DNA of 64,000 bases from a virus: positions 29,864-93,863 of IMG/VR virus record IMGVR_UViG_3300045972_000146; one strand, written 5' to 3'. Under the pieces are notes generated by a model. That model was not told the origin of the DNA, did no database searches, and saw only the letters and a list, made by a program, of their open reading frames with translations. The position numbers and the translations under genes are program-made. This document shows positions 40,901-55,014 of this stretch, in pieces. How positions within the stretch are numbered: position 1 is the stretch's first letter; each line of letters starts with the position of its first letter.

Positions 40901-43271
40901 TTGATTTAATTCCATCACTATCCTTGAATTGAACAGAATCAATCAATCTATTCTTATCTCCAATTCTAGCAGTCCTTCTGTCTATATATCTATCTTTTTT
41001 ACCAGTGTAGTTTCCCGATACCTTCTTAGTCCAGAAGTCATCATATGATTCTATAAAGTAAGTATTTGAAAATAAGTAGTCTACATTTAATCCAGATCCA
41101 CCATAATGCCCATCCTTGTTATATTTATATAAAAGGTCTGAGTATTTATTAGTTTCATATATCTCGCTGTTAATTGCGTCGTCAGATTCCGATACAGTAT
41201 TTAGTTGTGAGTATAGATATGGATGACTTGTACCATCGGCATTAAACAATAATGTTTTATATACTCCGCTATCTAGTTTAAATTGATATGATCTAGTATC
41301 ATATGAACCTACATCCCATGTATCTTCTGTATAATTTGCAGCAAACAGTATATTATCCTTAGACTCTATAGAATTTGGCTTTAATATGTTTTTGCCTATT
41401 AGATTAAACTCCTCTATTGTAATTTCGCCAATTGCAGTAGCTCCAGAGTCTTCTAGCCCTATTGATGTTTGTCCTACTGATATTTTAGAGTCTTTTATTA
41501 ATGATATCACTGGAGACGAATTAACATCAAAGTAATATACAGATATCAGTTTAATTCCTACGAATATGTTTGTATCTGGCAGTAAAACCTTTAACTTTAC
41601 TGATTTGCCTGTATTTTTTCCGTATATAGCACCAAGTCCAAGCCCTGTGTATTTTGAGTTTTTAGATCCAACTACGGAATCAGTCAAACTAACTAGATTA
41701 CTTAATGGACTTAATAGAGTCTCTCCGCCAACAGAAGTATATAATTGATAACAATACTGTATTAGACCTGACTGTAATTTCCCACTGCCTAATCCAAGTA
41801 TTTGTGGCGATGTTAAATCTGAATCAGAAACCATATCAAACGCAGATACGTCATATATAGATTGATTGTAGGAATCCTTTGTGCTACTTATATTTATGCA
41901 TCTTAAGAAGTTATTTCCATCAGCCCAGTATACTTTTATATTTCTATCGCTCTCATATCTGGTTACTATATCTATTGTGGACCCAACGTTTATGTTTAAC
42001 TCTAATCCATCTGGATTTACTATACATGTATGAGTAACTGTGTTTTCGGTAGGAAAATCCAGCCTATATATCTTATTTACTCCATTGGGAAGATTAATAT
42101 ATCTCTCACTTATCCATGTTGGAATAGAAAATGTATGTTCATTTATAACTGTTACAGTCTGTTCATCTAGAGCATAATCGCTATCAGAAGACGATATAGA
42201 GACTAAATCTCCAGTTATAAGTTCATGCGGCCATGGAGTATTGAATACAGTAATATTAGATGTTCCTTGCCTATTAAATATAGAAATATCACCACTTCTA
42301 TGTACATATTTATTTTCTGGAACAAATGTTATTCCAGGGATATATACCGAACTAGAGTCTATTAAAACTCCATTCATATATCTATCATGATATGGAGAAT
42401 CAAAGAATGACATAGTAGCGCTTTGCTGGAATAGCTCTATTCCAAGATTGGCGTTTATATTCTCTAAATCTATAGTCCCAGTGCAATTCACCCTAATAGA
42501 ATTAGGCACAACACTGCTATAGTCCTCTATAGATACTATTGGTATGAATATTGGATAACCATATGAAACCCCATTAAGTGTAAGATTCATTCTAGTTGCT
42601 CCAGAAATTATATCAGGAACTCCAGCATATTCTATTGGAAATTGAATGCCTATTATGTCTCTATTAGAGTCAAATACGTAATGAAAAATCTTTGTATTTG
42701 ATATATTATATGTAGATATACTAGAATTTGATGCAGTATATGAAGATAACGTCCAGTCTAAATTAGATAGAGTGGCGCTTGATACTGAGGATGCAAAATC
42801 TAATTGGAGCATATTTTCTACTACGATATTTGTATCTGTATCGAAATCACGAAACGTACTTGCCCCGGCACCGCTAGCATTCACTATATCTATATCTATA
42901 GTTACAACTCCACTAGATCCTCCGGTTATTCCATTATAGAATTCTCTACTTGTAAACGCCCCCGCTCCTTTATATAGATCAAAAGATCCGTGCCTTTTAA
43001 TATATTCTCTAGCAGCTTTTCTAGTAAAGACAACCCCCTTGTCCCTAACAGTCGTAGACGCTATTATTGTCTCATCTGTTGGAATTACTTCTCCAATACA
43101 ATAAGAGCCCTCTATATTTGATAGAGAGCCTGTACTAGCTGTATCGTTCATTATAGAACGAATATTCTCAGCGTATCTGTATTGATTGTCTTTTAGGAGC
43201 GATTTATCTAAATCTAAATCCATCCCTGCCCCGAAGGAATTTATTTGCGATTTACCAGACTTGTTTGACAT
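37956..43271 (-). CDS. Tail stabilization (muzzle) protein, P22 gp10-like
   Basis: QINSFGAGMDLD..YRYAENIR, YWADG, YMRDEIYRF, FGGDTFI, DVDSKYGKI motifs. Confidence 0.85.
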   Translation of the reverse strand: MSNKSGKSQINSFGAGMDLDLDKSLLKDNQYRYAENIRSIMNDTASTGSLSNIEGSYCIGEVIPTDETIIASTTVRDKGVVFTRKAAREYIKRHGSFDLYKGAGAFTSREFYNGITGGSSGVVTIDIDIVNASGAGASTFRDFDTDTNIVVENMLQLDFASSVSSATLSNLDWTLSSYTASNSSISTYNISNTKIFHYVFDSNRDIIGIQFPIEYAGVPDIISGATRMNLTLNGVSYGYPIFIPIVSIEDYSSVVPNSIRVNCTGTIDLENINANLGIELFQQSATMSFFDSPYHDRYMNGVLIDSSSVYIPGITFVPENKYVHRSGDISIFNRQGTSNITVFNTPWPHELITGDLVSISSSDSDYALDEQTVTVINEHTFSIPTWISERYINLPNGVNKIYRLDFPTENTVTHTCIVNPDGLELNINVGSTIDIVTRYESDRNIKVYWADGNNFLRCINISSTKDSYNQSIYDVSAFDMVSDSDLTSPQILGLGSGKLQSGLIQYCYQLYTSVGGETLLSPLSNLVSLTDSVVGSKNSKYTGLGLGAIYGKNTGKSVKLKVLLPDTNIFVGIKLISVYYFDVNSSPVISLIKDSKISVGQTSIGLEDSGATAIGEITIEEFNLIGKNILKPNSIESKDNILFAANYTEDTWDVGSYDTRSYQFKLDSGVYKTLLFNADGTSHPYLYSQLNTVSESDDAINSEIYETNKYSDLLYKYNKDGHYGGSGLNVDYLFSNTYFIESYDDFWTKKVSGNYTGKKDRYIDRRTARIGDKNRLIDSVQFKDSDGIKSTVSLSNFGIERHNGFLNYSNPLLSNAFASYMRDEIYRFAAVFYDKKGRRSPARWIADIRFPAGYETSSDWSSNSFEMPEEQSTLDYTGYLPSQELLVKPLGLKFTFRNIPTTVKKIEIVRAKRDNNNKTVYGQGALQKVGTQKNEYYGVFGGNVGIDKTKILNNGISGTLRPHPILSMGYLYSIAAPIYASNQISFDTYVTFNGEGYCIPTINYSGNSDRETLYYTDHAISPYFANKSFLGLVTPETCYYGVDYIEKLRDKSNSMKLEVVDIISPLATPTFIWETNGGGSSATSYYGNLKDKLTSALKVGTVNGVDGSVIAKYSSGMFLGADINTKNYATGYNPNNDYMLLPIGFAGCISNFASGYPGDRTDEVIDYSDPLSSGTDNSKKSAGNSADVSDILVSGPGPSQIEPGARVFLSGGGVIRYQDINRFDYKSGIDNSNIDTNSVSKPRTLSNTANDNDSSSTTFKYFSRYAQNDAAGNQFKLVKLNSNSAEDRTVSAYYSIKSIPTFSIDNFEYSGDIIPGKKIGEQSASYISIGDKSYLNWAKPLTYGSGTSYADSDPDQGDRRFSNAASRSKIQGIHGPQIIMSFDGDNIIPSILEVQTSKKVFTDGVFDEGLVAIERATTSQLSTYIVNIKNMNAGIYGGKSLLDRQFTEYISTGAVIEVSSTDASSYVFGGDTFIGLLDYTVVHATDPMVDFSKYSSDTYSSEPISLLSQTNHVGALIPLESSINMHLVNSKAYVADDYNFNIQNEPGVYGPALSAGGAWTTTQDHKQYDYNAAYSAEQIALGHTSKLLTDIDNKNFDSRVAYSNVKTNDEIYDSWMKFKPANYMDVDSKYGKITKLKTFKSRLFFWQDKSFGVLAVNERSLIKDNNISSLTLGTSGILSRFDYVSINNGFKFKTIGGISNSESNIYWFDIDNNEMCVFNGDVSSVSKGKGIQSILNKSVDELSNNIPMIYDKKYNELILTLYGIRDASTIE

Positions 43272-44229
43272 TTCTTCTGTTTAAATTTTTAATTCTCTGT
43301 GGTTCGCCTATGTTAACATATCCACTTTCATTTGCATAAACGTCTGGAATTAATTTAGTCCATACATTCTTTATAGTTTCCATTTCATCCTCGTTTGGCA
43401 TCATTGCTTCTCCGTATGCTTGTTTGCAGTAGAAATTCCAAGATCTTCTTATATCATAATAGATCTCTCTATTCATTCTACCAGATAAATACTCAGGATA
43501 CTTTAACTTCATTGTTATATACCAGTAGATTGCTTCTAAATATGAAATTAAATCAGGTATCATTGGATATCCTTCTTCGTCTGTATACATAGCATCATAT
43601 GAAACCTTCACAAATCCAGTCTTCATATTGCTAATTATCTTTGACTGAGATGGGTCTATTCTATATTTAAAACCAATTTCCTTGGTTACATTAGATGTAG
43701 TTCCATTATACTTTAACATAGATAACAACAATGCTCTTAGGTTTCTACTGGCCTCTGAGTCTCCTTTCATTATAACAACAGCTTCTTCATATGTCATTTG
43801 GTTATACCAAGCATATATAAAGTTCTCAGACATAGTCTCGTATATAGACAATAGGAGTGCTTCTAGTACTACATTTGGAGTAGATCCACTAGTTGTTAAT
43901 TGAGTATCCGGAACTGCATCCCAATGATCAAACGATCCGGTAGATACAGTCATAGGAAACCATGGTCCAGTTGGATTCACAGAATACATTACCTGATTTA
44001 GTTTAAACAAATCACTTGGCAATTGGGTTTGATATCCAGACATGACTAATGCCGGAGAACTTCCCTCTCCGCATATAGTTCTTTTGAGTTGTTTTACCGA
44101 ACCTATTTTCTCTAATGCTTCAGAGCACCATTCTTTGAAGTCGGCGATTCTAACAGCTTCTTCTGTTATGTCTAGGTCTGCTAAAACTTTAGCTATCACT
44201 TGATAGCATGAGACGTATTTATAAATCAT
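43252..44229 (-). CDS. Tail tubular / ring protein
   Basis: VIAKVLADL..EW..EALEKIG, DEEGYPMIPD, WNFYCKQAY motifs; upstream of the muzzle gene. Confidence 0.75.
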   Translation of the reverse strand: MIYKYVSCYQVIAKVLADLDITEEAVRIADFKEWCSEALEKIGSVKQLKRTICGEGSSPALVMSGYQTQLPSDLFKLNQVMYSVNPTGPWFPMTVSTGSFDHWDAVPDTQLTTSGSTPNVVLEALLLSIYETMSENFIYAWYNQMTYEEAVVIMKGDSEASRNLRALLLSMLKYNGTTSNVTKEIGFKYRIDPSQSKIISNMKTGFVKVSYDAMYTDEEGYPMIPDLISYLEAIYWYITMKLKYPEYLSGRMNREIYYDIRRSWNFYCKQAYGEAMMPNEDEMETIKNVWTKLIPDVYANESGYVNIGEPQRIKNLNRRNVKQVW

Positions 44230-44231
44230 GT

Positions 44232-44693
44232 TTACCTTTCTATGTAATCGTTTTTATTTGTCTTTATCAATTCCGCTAGTCTTCTTTTGTTAGCCCTAGT
44301 CATTATCAATTGATAATATTGCTTATTTGTTATCATGATATCCTTCTTACACCAGAAGAATGAAAAATTATATCCATCAGAATGTTCGTTTAAATGAAGT
44401 ATTAACTTCTTATTATCCCTAGATGATTGAAAGTCAACCCTTAGACTGTTAGAATCATATCTTTTTGGCTTTTTCTTAACCACAGACAACGTACCCATTC
44501 TGGCTGGCAGCCTTATTTCTTTAGAATTATCTAATAGTTCCGATGATAAAAACTTAAAGTAATCTTTAATTATGGAGTAAAATTTATGTTTCGGTACATC
44601 GTATAGTCTATTTCCAACTACCGCCTCCTTATACGATAGGAAGTAGTCTTCTATGGTATATGATAAGTGCCTATTCTTTTTACTTGATGCCAC
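44232..44693 (-). CDS. IHF/HU-like DNA-binding protein
   Basis: IRLPARMGTLSVVKKK beta-arm; HLNEHSDGY; crAss synteny. Confidence 0.7.
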   Translation of the reverse strand: MASSKKNRHLSYTIEDYFLSYKEAVVGNRLYDVPKHKFYSIIKDYFKFLSSELLDNSKEIRLPARMGTLSVVKKKPKRYDSNSLRVDFQSSRDNKKLILHLNEHSDGYNFSFFWCKKDIMITNKQYYQLIMTRANKRRLAELIKTNKNDYIER

Positions 44694-45363
44694 GCGATAT
44701 CTTTTTATAATCAGACGAACTTAATTGAGACTTAGTTAGGTCATTAGACGAATCATTGCTTACATCTGCCAATGCTACTATGTTAATCTCCTTGGTCATT
44801 ATTAATTCCTTTAAGGTAGTAACCATATTGGCTGGAATTGGATATCTATCATCCGCAGTAAGTCCTAATTGAGAACTCATAGGGTCTTCAAATATTCCTT
44901 TAACATCAATGTAATCTACTCCGCCATTCCCGGATATATATAAATACTCTCCTTTTTTATATGCAACAGTTTCATTACTTCCGTATCTTCTTTTATTTTG
45001 GAATCTACTTCTCTTCTCTGATAGTAATTGAATTATATTTCCATAACTATCAGACACCTCGGTAATTGGATTCTCAAAATGAAAATCAACACCATTAGGT
45101 ATTTTGATTGAAGTCTTACCAACCCAAACATTTGAATTTATAGATGCGTCTGAAACTACATGAATGTTTCTTATCTCTTGCTCATAGTCAGGGTTTATCT
45201 TTCTTCCCTTGTCTATGTCCTGTTTTATAAGAATTGATCTATATTCAATAATCCATTGCTCAATCTGAATCCTACTTAAAGACTCAGATTCAGCAATATC
45301 TGAGGACCTACTCTCGTTGAGTAGATCATCAATTATAGTATTTAAACTATGAAATTGTACCAT
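44680..45363 (-). CDS. Tail ring protein
   Basis: SLNTIIDD, QIEQWI..YR, VKGIFEDP, YPIP motifs. Confidence 0.7.
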   Translation of the reverse strand: MVQFHSLNTIIDDLLNESRSSDIAESESLSRIQIEQWIIEYRSILIKQDIDKGRKINPDYEQEIRNIHVVSDASINSNVWVGKTSIKIPNGVDFHFENPITEVSDSYGNIIQLLSEKRSRFQNKRRYGSNETVAYKKGEYLYISGNGGVDYIDVKGIFEDPMSSQLGLTADDRYPIPANMVTTLKELIMTKEINIVALADVSNDSSNDLTKSQLSSSDYKKISRGIK

Positions 45364-45365
45364 CT

Positions 45366-45797
45366 TTAGCTAATTGTTATAAATATACTTTCTCTTACTT
45401 CGTGAGCCGCGGCTAGCACAGGAAATAGTTTATCAAATGTTTTCTTAGAATAGGTTACCATTCCTTTTTGAGAATTGATACCAACCAATAAACATCCATG
45501 TGTATCTACCGCAGTATTTCCTGGGTGTATTCTTATTCCATCAAATCCTTTTACGTTCTCTAGTAATGGAAGAAGTCTTTTAAATCTCTCAGAATAAGTA
45601 ATATCAATCTGATATGTACCATATGGTATTGCCGTCTTTCCAAATACTTTTGTTTCGCCAGACTCATCCAAATCTCCATCCTTGTCAAGATCTCTAACTT
45701 TATCTTCTAAAACATTACAGAAGAATACTCCATTGATCAATAAGTCGCCAATGGTATATTCTTCTCCTAGAAATTTTCTATGTAACTCTAATTTCAT
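45366..45797 (-). CDS. DUF5675-family putative endolysin/peptidase
   Basis: YTIGDL...LED, TAIPYGTY, GIRIHPGN...THGCLLVG. Confidence 0.8.
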   Translation of the reverse strand: MKLELHRKFLGEEYTIGDLLINGVFFCNVLEDKVRDLDKDGDLDESGETKVFGKTAIPYGTYQIDITYSERFKRLLPLLENVKGFDGIRIHPGNTAVDTHGCLLVGINSQKGMVTYSKKTFDKLFPVLAAAHEVRESIFITIS

Positions 45798-45814
45798 ATA
45801 CTTTATTTTTGTTC

Positions 45815-45967
45815 TTATTGAGCCACTTCCTCCTGTTGTGGGGCCGTATTTCTAGAGGATATTTCTTGATTCAACAAGCGTAAATTGTTCTGATTAGCCT
45901 CTAATTGGGATAACACATCATACGCTAATGCTTTTAATTCTAATATAGATAGTTCTTTTAAATTCAT
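45815..45967 (-). CDS. Small hypothetical protein (50 aa, not in the ORF track)
   Basis: MNLKELSILELKALAYDVLSQLEANQNNLRLLNQEISSRNTAPQQEEVAQ fills the gap between 45797 and 45969. Confidence 0.65.
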   Translation of the reverse strand: MNLKELSILELKALAYDVLSQLEANQNNLRLLNQEISSRNTAPQQEEVAQ

Positions 45968-45968
45968 A

Positions 45969-46637
45969 TTATTCTCTTACTTTAATTACTCTTACTTCTC
46001 CTACTTTAATCAAATCATTCGTGTTTTTAATGTCATATCTATTGATGTCTTCTTTCTTCCAATCGAAGTGCCAAAATCTATTCCATCCATTCTTGTATTG
46101 ATTAACGTACTCCCTAGTTGAGTAAACGTATAAAAACTCAGTATTGTTTATGTCTATAGTAGAAATAAGTGAATCTTTTTCAATCTTTATGCCAACTTTA
46201 GTCAAATCGTTGAATTTTACTATAGTATCAAGCTTGAAATCAACCTTATTATCTATTCTTATAGTATCTGTATCTCTGATAGATGTAGATATACCCGTAG
46301 ATAGGTCGCCAGGCTTATTTGCAGGCCTTTTGAGCGACTTTCTCATAGATTCCATAGAAATTATCATCTGGTCGTTAGAGTGCTTTAAATCGTCTCTATT
46401 TAACTGTAGTACCCTATTGGCACTATCCTTTTTAGATATAATCTCTTCATACGCAATCATATTGTTTTTATACGAAGCGGCATCTAGTTTCACTCTCTTA
46501 TAGTCGTTATAAAGCATCTTCACAGAAAATGCTCCTCCAGTTATAAGAAGAATACTTGTAATTACTACTATTAGTTTTGTTCTACTAATAAGTATAGATT
46601 TAATAAAGTTAATCATGTTATTTTCTTTTTTGTCCAA
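45969..46637 (-). CDS. Putative spanin-like membrane protein
   Basis: Single N-terminal transmembrane segment plus coiled coil; lysis context. Confidence 0.55.
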   Translation of the reverse strand: MDKKENNMINFIKSILISRTKLIVVITSILLITGGAFSVKMLYNDYKRVKLDAASYKNNMIAYEEIISKKDSANRVLQLNRDDLKHSNDQMIISMESMRKSLKRPANKPGDLSTGISTSIRDTDTIRIDNKVDFKLDTIVKFNDLTKVGIKIEKDSLISTIDINNTEFLYVYSTREYVNQYKNGWNRFWHFDWKKEDINRYDIKNTNDLIKVGEVRVIKVRE

Positions 46638-46956
46638 TTAAGATGTCTAATTTCTCAGATATCTTTTCATGAGCTATTCTATTAAGAACAACTTCATTCT
46701 CAATTAATTTTTGATTTGCAACCCTGCCTTTTTCAAGGAACTCAGTTCTCTCATTATACTTAACATCGATTCTTTCTATCTTAACATTAAGGTCAATCCA
46801 AGATGCCATTAGTAATATCACTACAGTAATCAACTGAAGCAACTGACTAAATGTTAACTTAGGCTGGTTCCTGTTACTTTCATTCTCCATAGAACGTCTC
46901 ATTATGTCTAATTCTTGTTCTATAAGCTCCCTATCGGTGCTATTTTGTTTTGCCAT
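46618..46956 (-). CDS. Single-TM membrane protein (holin/antiholin-like)
   Basis: LLQLITVVILLMASWI segment followed by coiled coil. Confidence 0.5.
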   Translation of the reverse strand: MAKQNSTDRELIEQELDIMRRSMENESNRNQPKLTFSQLLQLITVVILLMASWIDLNVKIERIDVKYNERTEFLEKGRVANQKLIENEVVLNRIAHEKISEKLDILIGQKRK

Positions 46957-46982
46957 TTTATTTTATTTGATAAAATTTTACA

Positions 46983-47267
46983 TTATGCCTTCTCTAGTAT
47001 TTCCATATTAGTCGTGTCATTTGAATCTTGAGATTTACTATATCCAAGAAGTGTTGCACCAACAGTTAATACTCCAGCCATTATACCAGCCAAAGCTATA
47101 CCATCGTTTCCACCTGCAACTATTTCTATACTGGCCATCAATAAGCAAACACATCCTGTGGTTACTATTTCTAATCCAGCTAATTTACTCCCAGACGTTT
47201 TTCCATTAGGATTGCTAATGGCTTCTGGTAGTGAGAATTTACTTATATCTGTTTGATTGATTACCAT
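46983..47267 (-). CDS. Putative holin (2 TM)
   Basis: NGKTSGSK followed by two hydrophobic helices. Confidence 0.55.
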   Translation of the reverse strand: MVINQTDISKFSLPEAISNPNGKTSGSKLAGLEIVTTGCVCLLMASIEIVAGGNDGIALAGIMAGVLTVGATLLGYSKSQDSNDTTNMEILEKA

Positions 47268-47268
47268 A

Positions 47269-47550
47269 TTAGATTGATTGAAGTATTAATTCATATATAG
47301 TATCTATATCTTCTATTAATGTTGCCTTTTCTTCAACAGTTACTACGTCTTTGAATCCATAGTTATTATTAGATTCGCCCATCATATTATTTTTATTAAA
47401 GGTGCCAATATTAGATTGGCCTTTTAATATGCTTCCATTAAAATTTTCTACTTTATCACTTCTTACTGAATAAGAGTAATTATAAACATAATCTCCATTA
47501 GTAGAAGTTGCATTTACATTTAAGGTTTGATTTGTTTTGTTTATTTCCAT
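47269..47550 (-). CDS. Hypothetical protein (possible fibre chaperone)
   Basis: 93-aa ORF in the operon. Confidence 0.55.
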   Translation of the reverse strand: MEINKTNQTLNVNATSTNGDYVYNYSYSVRSDKVENFNGSILKGQSNIGTFNKNNMMGESNNNYGFKDVVTVEEKATLIEDIDTIYELILQSI

Positions 47551-47572
47551 TGTGTTTATTATTAATTATTTA

Positions 47573-49282
47573 TTATAAAACTGTTGCATTGTAAGCGGCA
47601 GTTAATTCGGATCTAATTGGTATTGTATTGTATATTCTTAATTCATCTATATCTCCTATGTAGTCTCTTCCTACGTCATAATCATACGACCCAATATTAA
47701 AAAAACAAGTATCAGCACTATATAGATTATTATTAAATCCTGCTCCAGATGCAGTTCCTTCATTACCATTTGATTCTGTTAGATCGACATCATTTATATA
47801 TATCCTAATATCATTTAAAATCCTGTTTACCGTTATAGCGACATGAGTATATGGACTCTGTCCGTCATTAATTATCTTTATAGATATAGGGGCTTTAACA
47901 TTTTTCAGCGTCTTAAGGTCTCTAACAACTATATATGGATTAGCATATGTTCCAGCTGAATCTCCGTATACTATCTCTAATTGACCTGGCATCGATAAAA
48001 AACATCTTTCTATATCGTGATTGCTATTAGCTGCCGGTCTAAGCCATGCGGAAATAGTAAATAGACTAGTGGCTCCCATGTTATATCCAAATGTCAATCT
48101 TGGTTGAGTAAAGAACCAAACGCTAGGAAAATTAACAGCGTCCCAATATCCACTCTTACTTTGTCCGTCTACTACATTATATGGAGTTAATGAGTGGCCT
48201 TCATTTCCAATTATATTCTTGCTAAAGTCCGATATCCCATTAAATGACCAATAATCATAGAATGGAAATTGAATTATTGTTTTTAAAGTTCTAATTGAAA
48301 AGACTTGACCATATGCTACTCCAAAACTATTTATTGCATATGCAACTACATAGTATATTGTATCCTCAGACAGTCCAGTTAGATTGTTTACTACAGACGA
48401 AGATGAAGTTGAATCTGTCGTTTTAGTATCGGCTATAGTAGGAAGTGTATTAGTCGAACTATAGCAAATACCCCTAGAAGTTACACTTGATCCACCAGAG
48501 CTAATCAATGAACTCCCGGTGGTAAAACTGGTTTTATTTATATATGTTATTGGGCTTGTGCTTATTTTTGGAATATCAACATCAGGTTCACCATAAATAC
48601 AATAGGCCTCTTGATAATACGCTTCTGTCCAAGATTTATAATTTGTTATATGAGTAATAGGATTACCTCCCATATAATGTGTAGTCCTTAAGTCAGAAGT
48701 CATCCAGTATTGATCTCCAATTTGAACCCAACCGTATTGATGTCCATCTTGATCTGTGTTGTTAAATGGTTCTTCGTCCGATACACATCTTATTGATTTA
48801 CCCATTGTATAATAATCATAAGACTCATTTAAAAATTGAGACCCAATTTTAACTGAATATATATAGCTTTCATTCATTTCATCAGGAGATGTAGACCACC
48901 AATCACCACTAACATTTCGCTCTGAGTACCCAATTCCTGGATCACTTTCTGCGTAAAAATATGTTCTATTTCCAGTAGCAAGAGCCGAGAATCCAAAACT
49001 ATTAAGCCCTTGATGTAGTGTATCAAACCAACTGTAAGTCCCTTGAATTCTTAATTTAGAGGCAGCCTCGTCATTTCCACCACAATAAGCTATAAGCGTT
49101 TGCCAATCGGCCATTGTAGGCACCCTCCATGGAGAAGATATTAAACTACCACCAATACCAGTTACTGCATAATAATTATATAAATAACCATAATCATAGC
49201 TTGCATCTGGAGTCGCCCCAGGATCTACTGGCCCTGGAATTATTCTATCCTTTATTGCTATTATTCCCGATGTTCCTATCAT
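47573..49282 (-). CDS. FISUMP (Fib_succ_major) + FN3 + LamG-like putative adhesin
   Basis: YGYLYN, WRVPT..DW, GFSAL, SIRCV, QIGDQYWM; RGICYS..P.I, GL...T.YYVVAYAIN..GVAYG; FTISAW, GDIDELRIYN. Confidence 0.8.
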   Translation of the reverse strand: MIGTSGIIAIKDRIIPGPVDPGATPDASYDYGYLYNYYAVTGIGGSLISSPWRVPTMADWQTLIAYCGGNDEAASKLRIQGTYSWFDTLHQGLNSFGFSALATGNRTYFYAESDPGIGYSERNVSGDWWSTSPDEMNESYIYSVKIGSQFLNESYDYYTMGKSIRCVSDEEPFNNTDQDGHQYGWVQIGDQYWMTSDLRTTHYMGGNPITHITNYKSWTEAYYQEAYCIYGEPDVDIPKISTSPITYINKTSFTTGSSLISSGGSSVTSRGICYSSTNTLPTIADTKTTDSTSSSSVVNNLTGLSEDTIYYVVAYAINSFGVAYGQVFSIRTLKTIIQFPFYDYWSFNGISDFSKNIIGNEGHSLTPYNVVDGQSKSGYWDAVNFPSVWFFTQPRLTFGYNMGATSLFTISAWLRPAANSNHDIERCFLSMPGQLEIVYGDSAGTYANPYIVVRDLKTLKNVKAPISIKIINDGQSPYTHVAITVNRILNDIRIYINDVDLTESNGNEGTASGAGFNNNLYSADTCFFNIGSYDYDVGRDYIGDIDELRIYNTIPIRSELTAAYNATVL

Positions 49283-49286
49283 ATTA

Positions 49287-53261
<3,975 letters not shown>

Positions 53262-53262
53262 G

Positions 53263-55014
53263 TTATACTGTCCATTTTAATTGACGGGCCCCAATTAGAG
53301 TTCCGTTATGTGTATATTTTTTGTAGCTTCTATTTATTCCCTGTACGCTAACAACTACGTCTGTAGTAGGCGTAAATGTAGTTAAGTTTATGATATCCCA
53401 TGCGTTAGATAACGTATTGAATTGCTCTAACTTAGTTATATTGCTCCACGCAGCAGGAAGTTCTAATGATTGCTTATATCCGCCGCCTTCTACCACCATA
53501 CTAGTTGATATTACTGAGTTAAGACTATATGCAGACTGAGCTGTTAATGTTGATATAGACGATGTAGTAGCGTATACTGGGTAGTATAGCGACCTAGTAA
53601 ATACGTAATTTATATCAGTAGTTGTTACTGAGTCTATCACTCTAAGTCGTATTCTTATAGACGTAGCATCCAATATCCCTGTTATAGCATATGAATTGAT
53701 CTTTCCGTCAGTAGTAATTACTATAGAAACGGGATTTGTAAAGTTAGTAGATACAGATCCAATTGAACTAAATGCCCCATTATCTATAGATACAAATAAT
53801 TGCCAGTTAGTTAATGTAGTATTTACGCTATTTTTTGTAATATTTCTTGTAGAAGAATACCCTATATCGCCTATTTCTTTTGTGTCATTTGATGTAGACG
53901 AACTGGGCGCTACATATCCTAATGGAGTAATAGTATTGCTATTTACAGTTGTAGCCGAGCCTATAGAATCAGTGACAGTTAGTTTGTATTGGAATCCGCT
54001 AGTCTTACTATTAGAAAGCAATGTAGTCATTCTATTTTCTGATGCTATAGAGGTATCATCGTTATGTGTAAATGATGTTATTGGAGCTCCTGAATATAGT
54101 TGAATCCAGTCACCAGAACCTCTATTATATGATAGAACATATGTTTCGATGTATGCCGGACTTGGATTATTGCACGTACTGGACATAGTTACTGTTATAG
54201 ATCCAGTAGTTGCATTATATTGAATTGTACCACTTGCTGAGACTGCGGCGCTTGGATTAATTGATTCCAATGCTATATCTCTTATTATGGCTTCTAGTGT
54301 CATTCCAGTTCCTACATTGATTGTAGATCCAGATGGGTATTTACCAAGATATCTTCCTCCTGATATATTTACAGGTATATTCTCAGTTACTATTAATGCA
54401 TATGGATCTGCAGGATCTCCTTTAGGTCCTGGCTCTCCTTGCGGTCCAATAGGGCCATCATCTCCTTTAGCTCCATCAGATCCATTGGCTCCGTCAAAGT
54501 AATCAAATCCTTTTATAGGGATGTAACCATCAGCTCCATCTTTTCCAGCCATTCCAGATGGTCCCATGTCTCCAGTTAGGCCTATATCGCCTTTCTCTCC
54601 TTTTTCTCCCTGAGATCCGACATCTCCCTTGTCACCTTTTTCTCCTTGCTCTCCACGTTGCCCTTCTGGACCAATATCTCCCTGAGGACCTATAGGCCCT
54701 TGTGGACCAACATTTCCAGTGTCACCTTTATCTCCAACATGAAGTGCTACCTCAAATTCTGTTATCTCTGTATTTAAGTCTATAGATAGATCTACTCCAT
54801 CTATTATAGCATCTATCTGAGAATTTATACTGTCAAATACCAAATCTATCTGTAATTCGGTATTCTCTATTATAGAGTCTATAGGAATCGTAAGATTTTC
54901 GATTGCAATATCTACAGATATATCTGTACTTTGTACAATTAAATCCTGCTGGCTATTATCCACTACAGGAATAACGTCCAAATATAATTCAGTATTTTCA
55001 GTATTAAAATCCAT
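53263..55014 (-). CDS. Collagen-repeat fibre protein with S/T-rich beta domains
   Basis: Acidic N-terminus, Gly-X-Y tract, [13 protein letters not shown] motif. Confidence 0.75.
   Translation of the reverse strand: MDFNTENTELYLDVIPVVDNSQQDLIVQSTDISVDIAIENLTIPIDSIIENTELQIDLVFDSINSQIDAIIDGVDLSIDLNTEITEFEVALHVGDKGDTGNVGPQGPIGPQGDIGPEGQRGEQGEKGDKGDVGSQGEKGEKGDIGLTGDMGPSGMAGKDGADGYIPIKGFDYFDGANGSDGAKGDDGPIGPQGEPGPKGDPADPYALIVTENIPVNISGGRYLGKYPSGSTINVGTGMTLEAIIRDIALESINPSAAVSASGTIQYNATTGSITVTMSSTCNNPSPAYIETYVLSYNRGSGDWIQLYSGAPITSFTHNDDTSIASENRMTTLLSNSKTSGFQYKLTVTDSIGSATTVNSNTITPLGYVAPSSSTSNDTKEIGDIGYSSTRNITKNSVNTTLTNWQLFVSIDNGAFSSIGSVSTNFTNPVSIVITTDGKINSYAITGILDATSIRIRLRVIDSVTTTDINYVFTRSLYYPVYATTSSISTLTAQSAYSLNSVISTSMVVEGGGYKQSLELPAAWSNITKLEQFNTLSNAWDIINLTTFTPTTDVVVSVQGINRSYKKYTHNGTLIGARQLKWTV

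Noticed and set aside
47573-49282. Diversity-generating retroelement
   Set aside because: No reverse transcriptase or template repeat seen in the window
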